Shown here: piece by piece, positions 41,197-49,810 of the stretch
Layout: every line of letters begins with the position of its first letter
How positions within the stretch are numbered: position 1 is the stretch's first letter
Translations under genes and position numbers: made by a program
The notes under the pieces: model-generated
Told to the model about the DNA's origin: nothing
The model's input: only the letters and a program-made list of their open reading frames with translations
Databases searched by the model: none
Assembly (NCBI GenBank): GCA_001769655.1
Contig: MEPC01000039.1
Span: 154 to 64,153, forward strand
Length of the DNA: 64,000 nt
From: Bacteroidetes bacterium RIFCSPLOWO2_12_FULL_37_12
GTDB lineage: Bacteria; Bacteroidota; Bacteroidia; 2-12-FULL-37-12
Direction: 5' to 3'

Positions 41197-41250
41197 GGGC
41201 ATAAGGTATAAGGTATAGGGGCTATACCTTTATACCTTATACCCTATACC
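41197..41250. repeat. STR-A hairpin element (short)
   Basis: gggcataaggtataaggtatagggg pairs with ctatacctttataccttataccctatacc. It ends 11 nt before the cinA ATG. Confidence 0.85.
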
Positions 41251-41260
41251 TCTAACGTTC

Positions 41261-42529
41261 ATGACTGCATGCATTCTCTCTATCGGTGACGAAATTCTCA
41301 TCGGGCAAATTACAAATACCAATGCACAATGGATGGCGCCACGTTTGAATGACGCTGGAATCACCATCAAAACAACACTCACCGTGGGTGATGACATTAA
41401 TGATATTTTGTGGGGGTTAGATTTATGTGAAAAAAATTCAGATATCATTATTATCACCGGTGGGTTGGGACCAACTAAAGACGATAAAACGAAAGAAGCC
41501 GCCTGCAAGTATTTTTCAACAAGTTTGGAATTAAATAATAATTGTTTGAAAGATATCATACGGTTATTCCGTAAATCAGGAAAAGAATTAACCGAAACCA
41601 ATCGTTCCCAAGCCGTAATACCTAAATCCTGCATACCTATCCGGAATAAATGGGGGACAGCACCCGGTATGTGGTTTGAGAAAAAATTTTCAGAGAACAA
41701 TTCCAAACATTTTATTTTTCTACCAGGCGTTCCATTTGAGATGAAGCAAATGATGACTGAATCAATTATTTCAAAATTAACGACACTTCGAAAAAAAAAT
41801 ACGGGTGAGTTCATTATTATTCATAAAACATTGGTTACTTCCGGAATCGGAGAATCATTTTTGTCAGACAAGCTCGAACAATTCGAAAAAGAACTGCCTG
41901 TTAATTTCAAACTTGCTTACCTCCCATCCCCCTCTATGGTAAAACTTCGTCTAAGCGTTTCAGGTACTGATAGAATTAACGAACAAACGAATCTGCGAAA
42001 GCAGATTTTAAAATTAAAATCAATTATCAAAAATTATTTAATAGGAAGTGAAAATGATAAACCAGAAAATGCTCTTGCTAACATCTTAATTCAGAAAAAT
42101 AAAACATTAGCGTGTGCTGAAAGTTGCACGGGCGGGTATTTGAGTCATTTACTCACCAGTATCCCAGGAAGTTCTTCCTATTTTAAAGGTTCTGTGATTG
42201 CCTACAGCAATGAAATAAAGAAAAAAACGCTGGGAATTCCGGAAAAAATTCTGAAGAAATACGGAGCAGTAAGCGAAGAAGCGGCTGTTTGCATGTCAAA
42301 AAATATTAAACAAAAATTCAAGACCGATTTTGGAATTGGAATCACCGGTATAGCGGGACCATCAGGTGGCACTCTGTCAAAACCTGTTGGAACTGTTTTC
42401 ATCGCTTGTTCTATTAAGAATCAAACATTTTGCAAGAAAATTCAATTGAATCAGGATAGATTGAGAAACATTGAGATGAGCGCTATTGTTGCTATGAATA
42501 TGTTGAGGGGGTTGGTTTCAAATGGTTAA
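41261..42529 (+). CDS. cinA: CinA family protein (MoCF-binding domain fused to nicotinamide-nucleotide amidohydrolase PncC)
   Basis: ILSIGDEILIGQITNTNAQWM start, and C-terminal ACAESCTGGYLS...GITGIAGPSGG. Confidence 0.9.
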   Translation: MTACILSIGDEILIGQITNTNAQWMAPRLNDAGITIKTTLTVGDDINDILWGLDLCEKNSDIIIITGGLGPTKDDKTKEAACKYFSTSLELNNNCLKDIIRLFRKSGKELTETNRSQAVIPKSCIPIRNKWGTAPGMWFEKKFSENNSKHFIFLPGVPFEMKQMMTESIISKLTTLRKKNTGEFIIIHKTLVTSGIGESFLSDKLEQFEKELPVNFKLAYLPSPSMVKLRLSVSGTDRINEQTNLRKQILKLKSIIKNYLIGSENDKPENALANILIQKNKTLACAESCTGGYLSHLLTSIPGSSSYFKGSVIAYSNEIKKKTLGIPEKILKKYGAVSEEAAVCMSKNIKQKFKTDFGIGITGIAGPSGGTLSKPVGTVFIACSIKNQTFCKKIQLNQDRLRNIEMSAIVAMNMLRGLVSNG

Positions 42530-42570
42530 ATAGTTAGATGGTTAAATGGTTAGATGGTTAGATGGTTAGT
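42521..42570. repeat. STR-B octamer tandem repeat overlapping the cinA stop codon
   Basis: aatggttaaatagttagatggttaaatggttagatggttagatggttag. The cinA stop TAA is the taa of the first ggttaaat unit. Confidence 0.85.
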
Positions 42571-42584
42571 GTTTAAACAAAAAT

Positions 42585-42848
42585 TCAATTGCCTATTGCT
42601 TCAACACCTTTAATCTCCGGCACCATATTTAAAATTGATTCTTCCACACCGGCTTTTAATGTCATATTTGAAATACGGCAGTTACTGCAATTACCGGTTA
42701 ATTCTACTTGTGCGATCATTTCGTCAGTCACTCCAATCAATCTCACGTTCCCGCCATCTGAAATCAGATAGGGACGAATACTTTCGAGGGCTTTTTCAAT
42801 CCGTTCTAAAAGCTGTGTATTTGAAGTTGAATTTTCCACGATTTTCAA
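42585..42848 (-). CDS. NifU-like (Nfu C-terminal domain) Fe-S cluster scaffold protein
   Basis: IRPYLISDGGNVRLIGV...TGNCSNCRISNMTLKAGVE. The track ORF starts at 42905, inside mrp. A TTG at 42848 or GTG at 42839 just after the mrp stop gives the usual length of about 85 aa. Confidence 0.8.
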   Translation of the reverse strand: MKIVENSTSNTQLLERIEKALESIRPYLISDGGNVRLIGVTDEMIAQVELTGNCSNCRISNMTLKAGVEESILNMVPEIKGVEAIGN

Positions 42849-42849
42849 T

Positions 42850-43959
42850 TTATCTGACAATCTCGACCACTTTTGTAGCATCAAATTTTGCGTTCCGGAT
42901 AGCAACCTGTTGTGCCACTGATTTAGCTAATTCCATAAATGCTATTGACATGGGATGACCTGTTTTCAAAACTATTGGGGCGCCTTTATCTCCACTTTCA
43001 CAGATGCCCTGCACTAAAGGAATTTGCCCTAACAGAGGTACCTTTCGTTCTTCTGCGAGTTTTTTTCCACCATCCTTTCCAAATATAAAATATTTATTGC
43101 CGGGTAATTCTTCAGGAATAAAATAAGCCATGTTTTCTACTATACCAAGTACTGGAACATTTATCCGTTGTGATGCGAACATATCCAATCCTTTTTCTGC
43201 ATCTGCCAGTGACACTTCCTGTGGAGTAGTAACAATAATAGCGCCTGTCACGGGTACCGTTTGTACCAACGTAAGATGAATGTCACCGGTGCCGGGAGGT
43301 AAATCAATTAATAAATAATCAAGTTCTCCCCACTCGGCATCCGTTACAAATTGTCGCAAGGCAGAACTTGCCATGGGTCCTCTCCATACTACCGATTGTT
43401 TTGGGTCCACTAAAAATCCTATAGATAATATTTTTACTCCGTACGCTTCTACCGGAACCATTAAATTTCTTCCATTTTCATTTTTTAACATGGGTTTTGC
43501 ATCCCGTAAGTTAAACATGATTGGCATGGAAGGACCATAAATATCTGCATCAATCAAACCCACTTTGGCATTATTTAATGCTAACCCAACAGCGAGATTC
43601 GCGGCAATGGTAGATTTTCCGACTCCGCCTTTTCCGGATGCAATGGCGATAATGTTTTTTACACCAGGAAGTACTTGCCCTGCATCGGAACGTAATGTGG
43701 TTACCTGATGAGTAGTGTTGATATTTATCAAAAGGTCTTTTGAATGATCGTTTAAAATAGCGTTCTTACAATCACTTTTCATTTTTTCAATTAATGGGCA
43801 AGCCGGAGTAGTAAGAAGCAATATGAAATTGACAGTATTCCCTTCGATTATAATATCCTTTATCATCTCAAGAGAAATCAGATCTTTCCCTAAATCGGGT
43901 TCAATGACTTTTCTAAGTGAATTGGTTATGGATTCGTGAGTGGGTTTCATATAATGCAT
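42850..43959 (-). CDS. mrp: Mrp/NBP35 (ApbC) family iron-sulfur cluster carrier ATPase
   Basis: An N-terminal DUF59-like segment, the deviant Walker A IAIASGKGGVGKST, and a CxxC-like C-terminal region. Confidence 0.9.
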   Translation of the reverse strand: MHYMKPTHESITNSLRKVIEPDLGKDLISLEMIKDIIIEGNTVNFILLLTTPACPLIEKMKSDCKNAILNDHSKDLLININTTHQVTTLRSDAGQVLPGVKNIIAIASGKGGVGKSTIAANLAVGLALNNAKVGLIDADIYGPSMPIMFNLRDAKPMLKNENGRNLMVPVEAYGVKILSIGFLVDPKQSVVWRGPMASSALRQFVTDAEWGELDYLLIDLPPGTGDIHLTLVQTVPVTGAIIVTTPQEVSLADAEKGLDMFASQRINVPVLGIVENMAYFIPEELPGNKYFIFGKDGGKKLAEERKVPLLGQIPLVQGICESGDKGAPIVLKTGHPMSIAFMELAKSVAQQVAIRNAKFDATKVVEIVR

Positions 43960-43989
43960 TAACTTTGTAAAATTACGAAATTTCTTCTA

Positions 43990-44094
43990 AAAATCTGACC
44001 TCACCCCTGCCCCTCTACAAAAAAGGAGAGGGGTAAAAAATTAGTTGAATTTTTATCAAGATTAATTGGAAATCAAAATATTCACATAAATTTG
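43990..44094 (+). repeat. About 105-bp intergenic repeat (copy B) with a hairpin and promoter-like boxes
   Basis: Aligns with 745-850. It contains TTG (44066-44068), an 18-nt spacer, then TAAATTTG (44087-44094), 27 nt upstream of the DUF309 start. Confidence 0.75.
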
Positions 44095-44120
44095 AATCAA
44101 TAGAAATATTTCTTACTATA

Positions 44121-44504
44121 ATGATGAATCCCGGAGAGAACAATGAATTTTTAAAAGGTGTAAATTTTTTTAATAATCACGATTTTTTTGATGCTCACGA
44201 TACTTTTGAAGCGGTATGGCATGAAGTACATGGACCTGCAAAGGAGGCATATCAGGGATTAGTTCAATTGGCTATTGGATATTATCATTTTTGTTTCGGG
44301 AACTTAAAAGGAGCAGAAAGCATGCTCACAAAAGGGTTAATAAAATGTGAGAATAAAAAAAGTCATCTTTCCCAACTAAATATAGATGAAATTATTTTAA
44401 AAACTGAAAAGTGTCTTATAAAGCTAAAAGAAATACAAAGGGGCGAAAATGAATTGAAGACGTTCAATATTGAGGAGATTCCAAAAATATTATACCGAAG
44501 GTAA
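44121..44504 (+). CDS. DUF309 domain protein
   Basis: GVNFFNNHDFFDAHDTFEAVWH...YQGLVQLAIGYYHFCFGNLKGA matches the DUF309 pattern. Confidence 0.75.
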   Translation: MMNPGENNEFLKGVNFFNNHDFFDAHDTFEAVWHEVHGPAKEAYQGLVQLAIGYYHFCFGNLKGAESMLTKGLIKCENKKSHLSQLNIDEIILKTEKCLIKLKEIQRGENELKTFNIEEIPKILYRR

Positions 44505-44540
44505 TCTGGATTTCAAATATTAAAGAGAATTGGGTGAAAA

Positions 44541-44585
44541 AATGGTTAGTTGGTTAGGTGGTTAAATGGCTAGATGGTTGGGTGA
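44541..44585. repeat. STR-B octamer tandem repeat
   Basis: aatggttagttggttaggtggttaaatggctagatggttgggtg. Confidence 0.8.
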
Positions 44586-44624
44586 AAATAATTTCACAAT
44601 TTTTTTACTATTTAACTATTCGCA

Positions 44625-45458
44625 TCAGTTAAATATCACTTTGGTAGAATTCCCGCTATATTTAACAGAAAAAGTGCCCATTCCAATCTGAGAAAAATCT
44701 ATAAACTGACCTTTACCTTTAAATAGTAGTTGTCCGTTATCTCCCATCACCTCAAACTGGGTTTCTTTTTCGAATCTGAAAATCGGGTCTATCCGTGTAA
44801 GTTTGGTTTGTTTTCCACCGAAATTACTTACCGTAATAAGCTCAGAGATCGTAAATTTATTATTTGGTTTTATACATTTTACACGGTAAACCAAGTCACC
44901 GGAAGGTGGTGTTTGGTCTAAGTATTCAAAAATCATAACACTCGATGCCTTTGTTTTAGGTTTTAAAGTAGAAACACTATCCACAATAACCCAATCGTCG
45001 GAGAGACGTCTTTCAATTTCGTATCTTTTGTCTTTCGCCGATTTCATCACAATCCAAGTCATGAGTATCTGGTTATTTACATTCTGACCGGTAAATGAAA
45101 TTAAATAATCCTGAGGAGGTTCTTCAAATATCCCATTCTTGTACTTACATTCTACCCCATAAACAAAAATAGCTCTTTCTTTGGATGTCCATGTTTCTGT
45201 AAATACGCTATTCTGTTTTGAACGCCATGCACCTGTTTTATCAAAACTACCTTTGATTTCAAGCCCATCCAATTCAAACGACTCTAACTCAGAAGGTTTT
45301 TCCTGAGGTTCATGCCAGGTTAATTTTAGGGTTTTAGCAGATTCTTTTGACACCTCAATTTTTGACGGACATTGCCCGTAAGTATTTAAAACTGTGGTTG
45401 AAAAAAAAGCAGTTAATAAAACGATATGTGTTATTTTTTTGGTCACGGAATTTTTCAA
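44625..45458 (-). CDS. Hypothetical secreted protein
   Basis: Signal peptide. No catalytic motif recognised. Confidence 0.5.
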   Translation of the reverse strand: MKNSVTKKITHIVLLTAFFSTTVLNTYGQCPSKIEVSKESAKTLKLTWHEPQEKPSELESFELDGLEIKGSFDKTGAWRSKQNSVFTETWTSKERAIFVYGVECKYKNGIFEEPPQDYLISFTGQNVNNQILMTWIVMKSAKDKRYEIERRLSDDWVIVDSVSTLKPKTKASSVMIFEYLDQTPPSGDLVYRVKCIKPNNKFTISELITVSNFGGKQTKLTRIDPIFRFEKETQFEVMGDNGQLLFKGKGQFIDFSQIGMGTFSVKYSGNSTKVIFN

Positions 45459-45542
45459 ATAACAAATATAAGGATATTATTTTAATTTACAATACTTACC
45501 TAATTTGTCATATCTTAGTGCCCTCAATCAGAAGCCAAAAGT

Positions 45543-46673
45543 ATGAAATTTCTACGCATTGGGTTTGATGCCAAAAGAATTTTTAATAATATAAGCGGAT
45601 TAGGTCAGTACGGTAGATTTCTGTCAAACGCGCTTATGGAGGTATTCCCTGAACATCATTATTATATGTTTACTCCATATATAAGGTATGCAGGATACCT
45701 CAAAGAGTTTAAGCATAAAAGAAGTTTAACCGTTGTAAAACCTAAAACACCGATTCTTAAGAATTTGTGGAGAGTTTTTTTCACTTCGCGGCATTTTTAT
45801 TACCATAAGCTGGATATTTTTCATGGTCTATCCAATGAATTGCCCTTTCAAAGCATACAGTCGAAAACCAAATTGGTGGTTACGGTACACGATATCCTTT
45901 TTGAGAAACATCCTGAGTTTTATAAAAAAATTGACAAGCATATCTATCGTTTAAAAATGGCTTACGCCTGCAGGAAAGCAGATAAAATTATCACAGTAAG
46001 CGAAGCATCCAAATTGGACATTTGTGAACACTTTAAGATTGAACCGGAAAGAATTGAAGTGGTGTATCAGGGCTGTATGGACGATTTTTATATAAAAACC
46101 AGCAAGGTAGAACTCGAAGAATTCAAGAAAAAATATAATTTACCGGAACATTTCATTTTACAGGTTGGCACCATCGAGGAAAGGAAAAATGCCCTTATTA
46201 CATTGAAAGCATTGAATTTATTAAAACCTGATGCCCCTTATTTAGTGTTGGCAGGAAAGCAAACATCTTATATGAAAATACTAATTGAGTTTATTAATAA
46301 AAATAAATTAGAAAACAGGGTAAAATTCATTCATACACTACAAAACCAGGAAATGCCCTTTTTATACCAATGCGCAAGTTTATTTTTGTACCCATCCTTA
46401 GCTGAGGGATTTGGCATTCCGGTTCTCGAGGCAATGCTATCGGGTTTACCGGTGATATGCTCAAACAGACCTGTTTTTCACGAAGCAGGAGGTGATGCGG
46501 CGTTGTTTTTTAGTCCGGAAGATGAATCAGAATTTGCACACACCATAAAATCTGCACTTTCTGATGAATCGTTAAGAAATAAAATGATTAATTCAGGTCT
46601 GGAACATCTTAAGAAGTTTAATTCTAAGGAGATTGCAAGTAAGATGATGAATGTGTATGAAGGGATATTGTGA
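45543..46673 (+). CDS. Glycosyltransferase, GT4 (GT-B fold) family
   Basis: C-terminal EGFGIPVLEAMLSGLPVICSN motif. Confidence 0.85.
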   Translation: MKFLRIGFDAKRIFNNISGLGQYGRFLSNALMEVFPEHHYYMFTPYIRYAGYLKEFKHKRSLTVVKPKTPILKNLWRVFFTSRHFYYHKLDIFHGLSNELPFQSIQSKTKLVVTVHDILFEKHPEFYKKIDKHIYRLKMAYACRKADKIITVSEASKLDICEHFKIEPERIEVVYQGCMDDFYIKTSKVELEEFKKKYNLPEHFILQVGTIEERKNALITLKALNLLKPDAPYLVLAGKQTSYMKILIEFINKNKLENRVKFIHTLQNQEMPFLYQCASLFLYPSLAEGFGIPVLEAMLSGLPVICSNRPVFHEAGGDAALFFSPEDESEFAHTIKSALSDESLRNKMINSGLEHLKKFNSKEIASKMMNVYEGIL

Positions 46674-46680
46674 TACGGAC

Positions 46681-46716
46681 AAAAAAAAACCCCTCGCCTA
46701 AGACGAAGGGTTTTCT
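46681..46716. terminator. Bidirectional Rho-independent terminator between convergent genes
   Basis: Stem acccctcg/cgaagggt (one mismatch) with an A9 run on one side and TTTT on the other. It reads as hairpin plus T-run on both strands. Confidence 0.5.
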
Positions 46717-46733
46717 TAAATTATTAATAGTTT

Positions 46734-47891
46734 CTACTTTTTATCCAATCTTTTCAACTCATTTTCAATATCTGTGGCGATTGGTTTAAAGTATTTCTCT
46801 GCTTTTTCTTTAGAACCATCGTTGAATTTCACATATACCATCATGGTTGAATCACCTTCGGTGCTGGTATCAGGTGGAGTTTCTAATATTTTTTCAAAAT
46901 AAACAGAACCAAGTTTTCTTCCGTTCTTTAAAATATCAATTAAGATAAATTTATTAATACGGGCGGCTTCATTTTTATTCAAAGAATCATTCATAAGACC
47001 TTCAATATCTGCACTTCCCTGTAATCTTAGTGCTTTATATTCTACGTGACCGGAAGCATTTTTTAAATCTTTCTTAGTATCATCTTTGAAATTCAAGGTA
47101 GCGGCAATGTCAACTAATGTCGTTGAAGGTTCTTTAGTAAGGTTTAATGTACCTGAAATGGTTGCTCCTGCATTATTTAAGGAAGCAGTAAATTTGAAAG
47201 GTTTTACATATAATGGGTTTATACTCACTGTTATTGGTATACCATCGCTCTGATAGGAAGCCGTTGCAATCAACTCGGCAACTATCACGTTATTTAATTT
47301 AAGATTTACATCAATTTTTGTGGGTGGATAATCATTCACACCATCCTTAGTAATAGTTGCCTGTTCAAAAGCATTGAGTGTTAACGTTGCATTATTTGTT
47401 GTTTTTGTACTATCTGAAGGGAATTTCAAAATAACTTTATCAGCGGGTTGACCTTTACCGGAAGTATCCCAACGTTCTTCAGAAATCATCCAACTATAAG
47501 TACCGGCGTGTTTACTTATTTCAAACTTGCCATCTTCACCGTAAGTACGGAGGTTTGAAACTTTTTCATTTTTCTGATATTTTTCAATCAGGTCAACCAC
47601 ATTAGAAGTAATAGAATGAGTTACCTGTTTTAAACCCAAAGCCGAATTATCCTTTTGGGCTAATTCTCCCATGTGGACAAGGGATTGAGTACCTTCACTG
47701 TTTATAATTTCTTTAGTGTCACTACTTGCAGTGCTTGAAGTAGATGTCAATTCATTATTTGCTTCAATAGCAGACACAATATCGTTGGTACCGCTATCGT
47801 CTTTTTTGTCTTCTTCTTTTTTACAGGCATTGAATACCAACAAAGTTGTCAGTAGCCCTGCAGAAAGCATAAATCGTAGTGTTGTTTTCAT
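46734..47891 (-). CDS. Hypothetical lipoprotein
   Basis: Signal peptide with the lipobox LVFNAC. Confidence 0.55.
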   Translation of the reverse strand: MKTTLRFMLSAGLLTTLLVFNACKKEEDKKDDSGTNDIVSAIEANNELTSTSSTASSDTKEIINSEGTQSLVHMGELAQKDNSALGLKQVTHSITSNVVDLIEKYQKNEKVSNLRTYGEDGKFEISKHAGTYSWMISEERWDTSGKGQPADKVILKFPSDSTKTTNNATLTLNAFEQATITKDGVNDYPPTKIDVNLKLNNVIVAELIATASYQSDGIPITVSINPLYVKPFKFTASLNNAGATISGTLNLTKEPSTTLVDIAATLNFKDDTKKDLKNASGHVEYKALRLQGSADIEGLMNDSLNKNEAARINKFILIDILKNGRKLGSVYFEKILETPPDTSTEGDSTMMVYVKFNDGSKEKAEKYFKPIATDIENELKRLDKK

Positions 47892-48181
47892 GATCGTTTT
47901 GGTTTAGTTTTAAAATTTCACCGCAAATGTACTATTTTTTCTGAGAAAAACAAGTTTTTGTTCTCATTTATTTTCCCACAAAAACACGATGAGATAAAAT
48001 TATAAATAATGTTTTATAAATAGCTGTTATAAAGATATTTGTGTATTATAATCTAAAGTTTTAAATAACTTTTTTAGAAAAAATTCACAATTTCTTTGAT
48101 TTATCAAACTAAAGTAGTATCTTAGTAGAAATTTTAATTTTAAAACAATAAATAAATATAGTTTGCGTTTATCAATAGTAT

Positions 48182-48775
48182 ATGCGGCTTTACATACCAT
48201 CAGAAGATAAGGACTTAATCGTGAGATACCGGCAAGGGGATGAACTGGCACTAAAAGAGTTAATACGCCGTCATAAAAGTAAAATTTTTACAACCATATA
48301 TCTGATTGTAAGAAACAGGCAGGAAGCGGAAGATTTATTTCAGGATACATTTATTAAAGCCATTCACGTAATCAGAGCAGGAAAATACAGGGAGGAAGGT
48401 AAATTTTTACCATGGATTTGCAGGATTGCTTATCATTTATCCATTGATGTCATCAGAACTAAAAAAAATAATCCATGCTTAACCGCCGACTCAAGTGATT
48501 ATGCTTCTTCAAAATTATGTGCAAAGGAAGAAAATAAAGAAGAGCAATTGATACAGGATGAAAAGGAAAAACTTATTCATGAACTAATGAATACATTACC
48601 CGCCGAGCAAAAAGAAATTATTTTGCTGAGGCATTTTTCGGATATGACTTTTCGTGAAATAGCAGCTTTAAAAAAAATTTCAATAAATACGGCGCTGGGT
48701 AGAATGCGTTACGCATTGTTAAATCTTAAAAAATTAATAAAAACCAATAATTATGCTCATGAACTTTACTACTGA
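48182..48775 (+). CDS. ECF (sigma-70 family, group 4) RNA polymerase sigma factor
   Basis: Region 2 pattern LFQDTFIKA...WICRIAYHLSID and a region 4 HTH FREIAALKKISINTALGRMRYA. Confidence 0.85.
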   Translation: MRLYIPSEDKDLIVRYRQGDELALKELIRRHKSKIFTTIYLIVRNRQEAEDLFQDTFIKAIHVIRAGKYREEGKFLPWICRIAYHLSIDVIRTKKNNPCLTADSSDYASSKLCAKEENKEEQLIQDEKEKLIHELMNTLPAEQKEIILLRHFSDMTFREIAALKKISINTALGRMRYALLNLKKLIKTNNYAHELYY

Positions 48776-48983
48776 AGAACGCATGATAATGAAAATTTAT
48801 GGGGAAACCACCGCAAGTGAAGCCCGTGAATTAAATCATGTTATTGACTCCGACATTTCTTTAAAAAAGGAATACGTGGAATTAAATGGAACATTTAGGT
48901 CTGTTTCTGGGATTCGACTGAACCCGGATGATAGAATCATAAAAAACATTATGGAATATTCATTAATTTCGAGGCGGAATTAA
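48753..48983 (+). CDS. Small hypothetical protein overlapping the sigma-factor stop (possible anti-sigma partner)
   Basis: A 76-aa ORF overlapping the upstream gene by 23 nt. Called on position only. Confidence 0.35.
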   Translation: MLMNFTTEERMIMKIYGETTASEARELNHVIDSDISLKKEYVELNGTFRSVSGIRLNPDDRIIKNIMEYSLISRRN

Positions 48984-49007
48984 AATTTCAAACATCATTC
49001 TTCCCCA

Positions 49008-49646
49008 TTGAACCGTCAAGAAAAATTCAACTTCTTCATTCGTTACTTTTCTACTCATCAACCGGATGCAAAAACTGAGTTGCATTACGAAAATCCTTTT
49101 GAATTGCTGGTTGCTGTTATATTGAGCGCTCAATGCACCGATAAACGGGTGAATCTGGTAACACCTCCCCTGCTTTTACGATTTCCCACTCCTACAAAAA
49201 TGGCTGTTGCTACGTTTGATGAAGTTTTTCCATTTATAAAAAGTATTTCCTATCCGAATAATAAAACCAAACATCTGATTGGAATGGCAAAGGGATTGGT
49301 TGATAAATATAATTCCCAGGTACCCTCAGAAGTTGAGGAACTGATGACCTTGCCAGGTGTGGGTAGAAAAACAGCGAATGTGATTGCATCGGTGGTTTAC
49401 AAACAACCAAAAATGGCTGTGGACACGCATGTATTCAGAGTGGCGGAGCGCATCGGATTGAGTAAAAATTCTAAAACGCCTTTAGAAACGGAGAAACAAT
49501 TAATAAAGTATATTCCGGAAGATAAAATTCATCTGGCGCATCACTGGCTGATTTTGCATGGGAGATATGTGTGTACTGCCCGGAAACCGAAGTGTGATGA
49601 GTGTGGGGTGAGGGAGGTGTGTGATTATAGAAGGAAGGATGGTTGA
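49008..49646 (+). CDS. nth: Endonuclease III
   Basis: FELLVAVILSAQCTDKRVN, the HhH-GPD motif LPGVGRKTANV, and the C-terminal 4-Cys cluster CTARKPKCDECGVREVC. Confidence 0.92.
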   Translation: MNRQEKFNFFIRYFSTHQPDAKTELHYENPFELLVAVILSAQCTDKRVNLVTPPLLLRFPTPTKMAVATFDEVFPFIKSISYPNNKTKHLIGMAKGLVDKYNSQVPSEVEELMTLPGVGRKTANVIASVVYKQPKMAVDTHVFRVAERIGLSKNSKTPLETEKQLIKYIPEDKIHLAHHWLILHGRYVCTARKPKCDECGVREVCDYRRKDG

Positions 49647-49712
49647 TGCAGGATGTTGGATATTGAATTTTTAAAATGTATAATTTTTTCTTACTTTTAC
49701 ACTTTAAAAATT

Positions 49713-49749
49713 ACCAAACCATTTAGCCATATAACCATTTAACCATTTT
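49713..49749. repeat. STR-B repeat in inverse orientation
   Basis: accaaaccatttagccatataaccatttaaccatttta is the reverse complement of GGTTAAAT-type units. Confidence 0.8.
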
Positions 49750-49782
49750 ATAATATTTCACCCTAATATTCAAAAATCAAAC

Positions 49783-49790
49783 TACCTTTG
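49783..49790 (+). promoter_or_regulatory. Putative -7 promoter box (TAnnTTTG)
   Basis: tacctttg lies 20 nt upstream of the ATG at 49811. Confidence 0.35.
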
Positions 49791-49810
49791 TCCCATAATA
49801 CAATAACAAC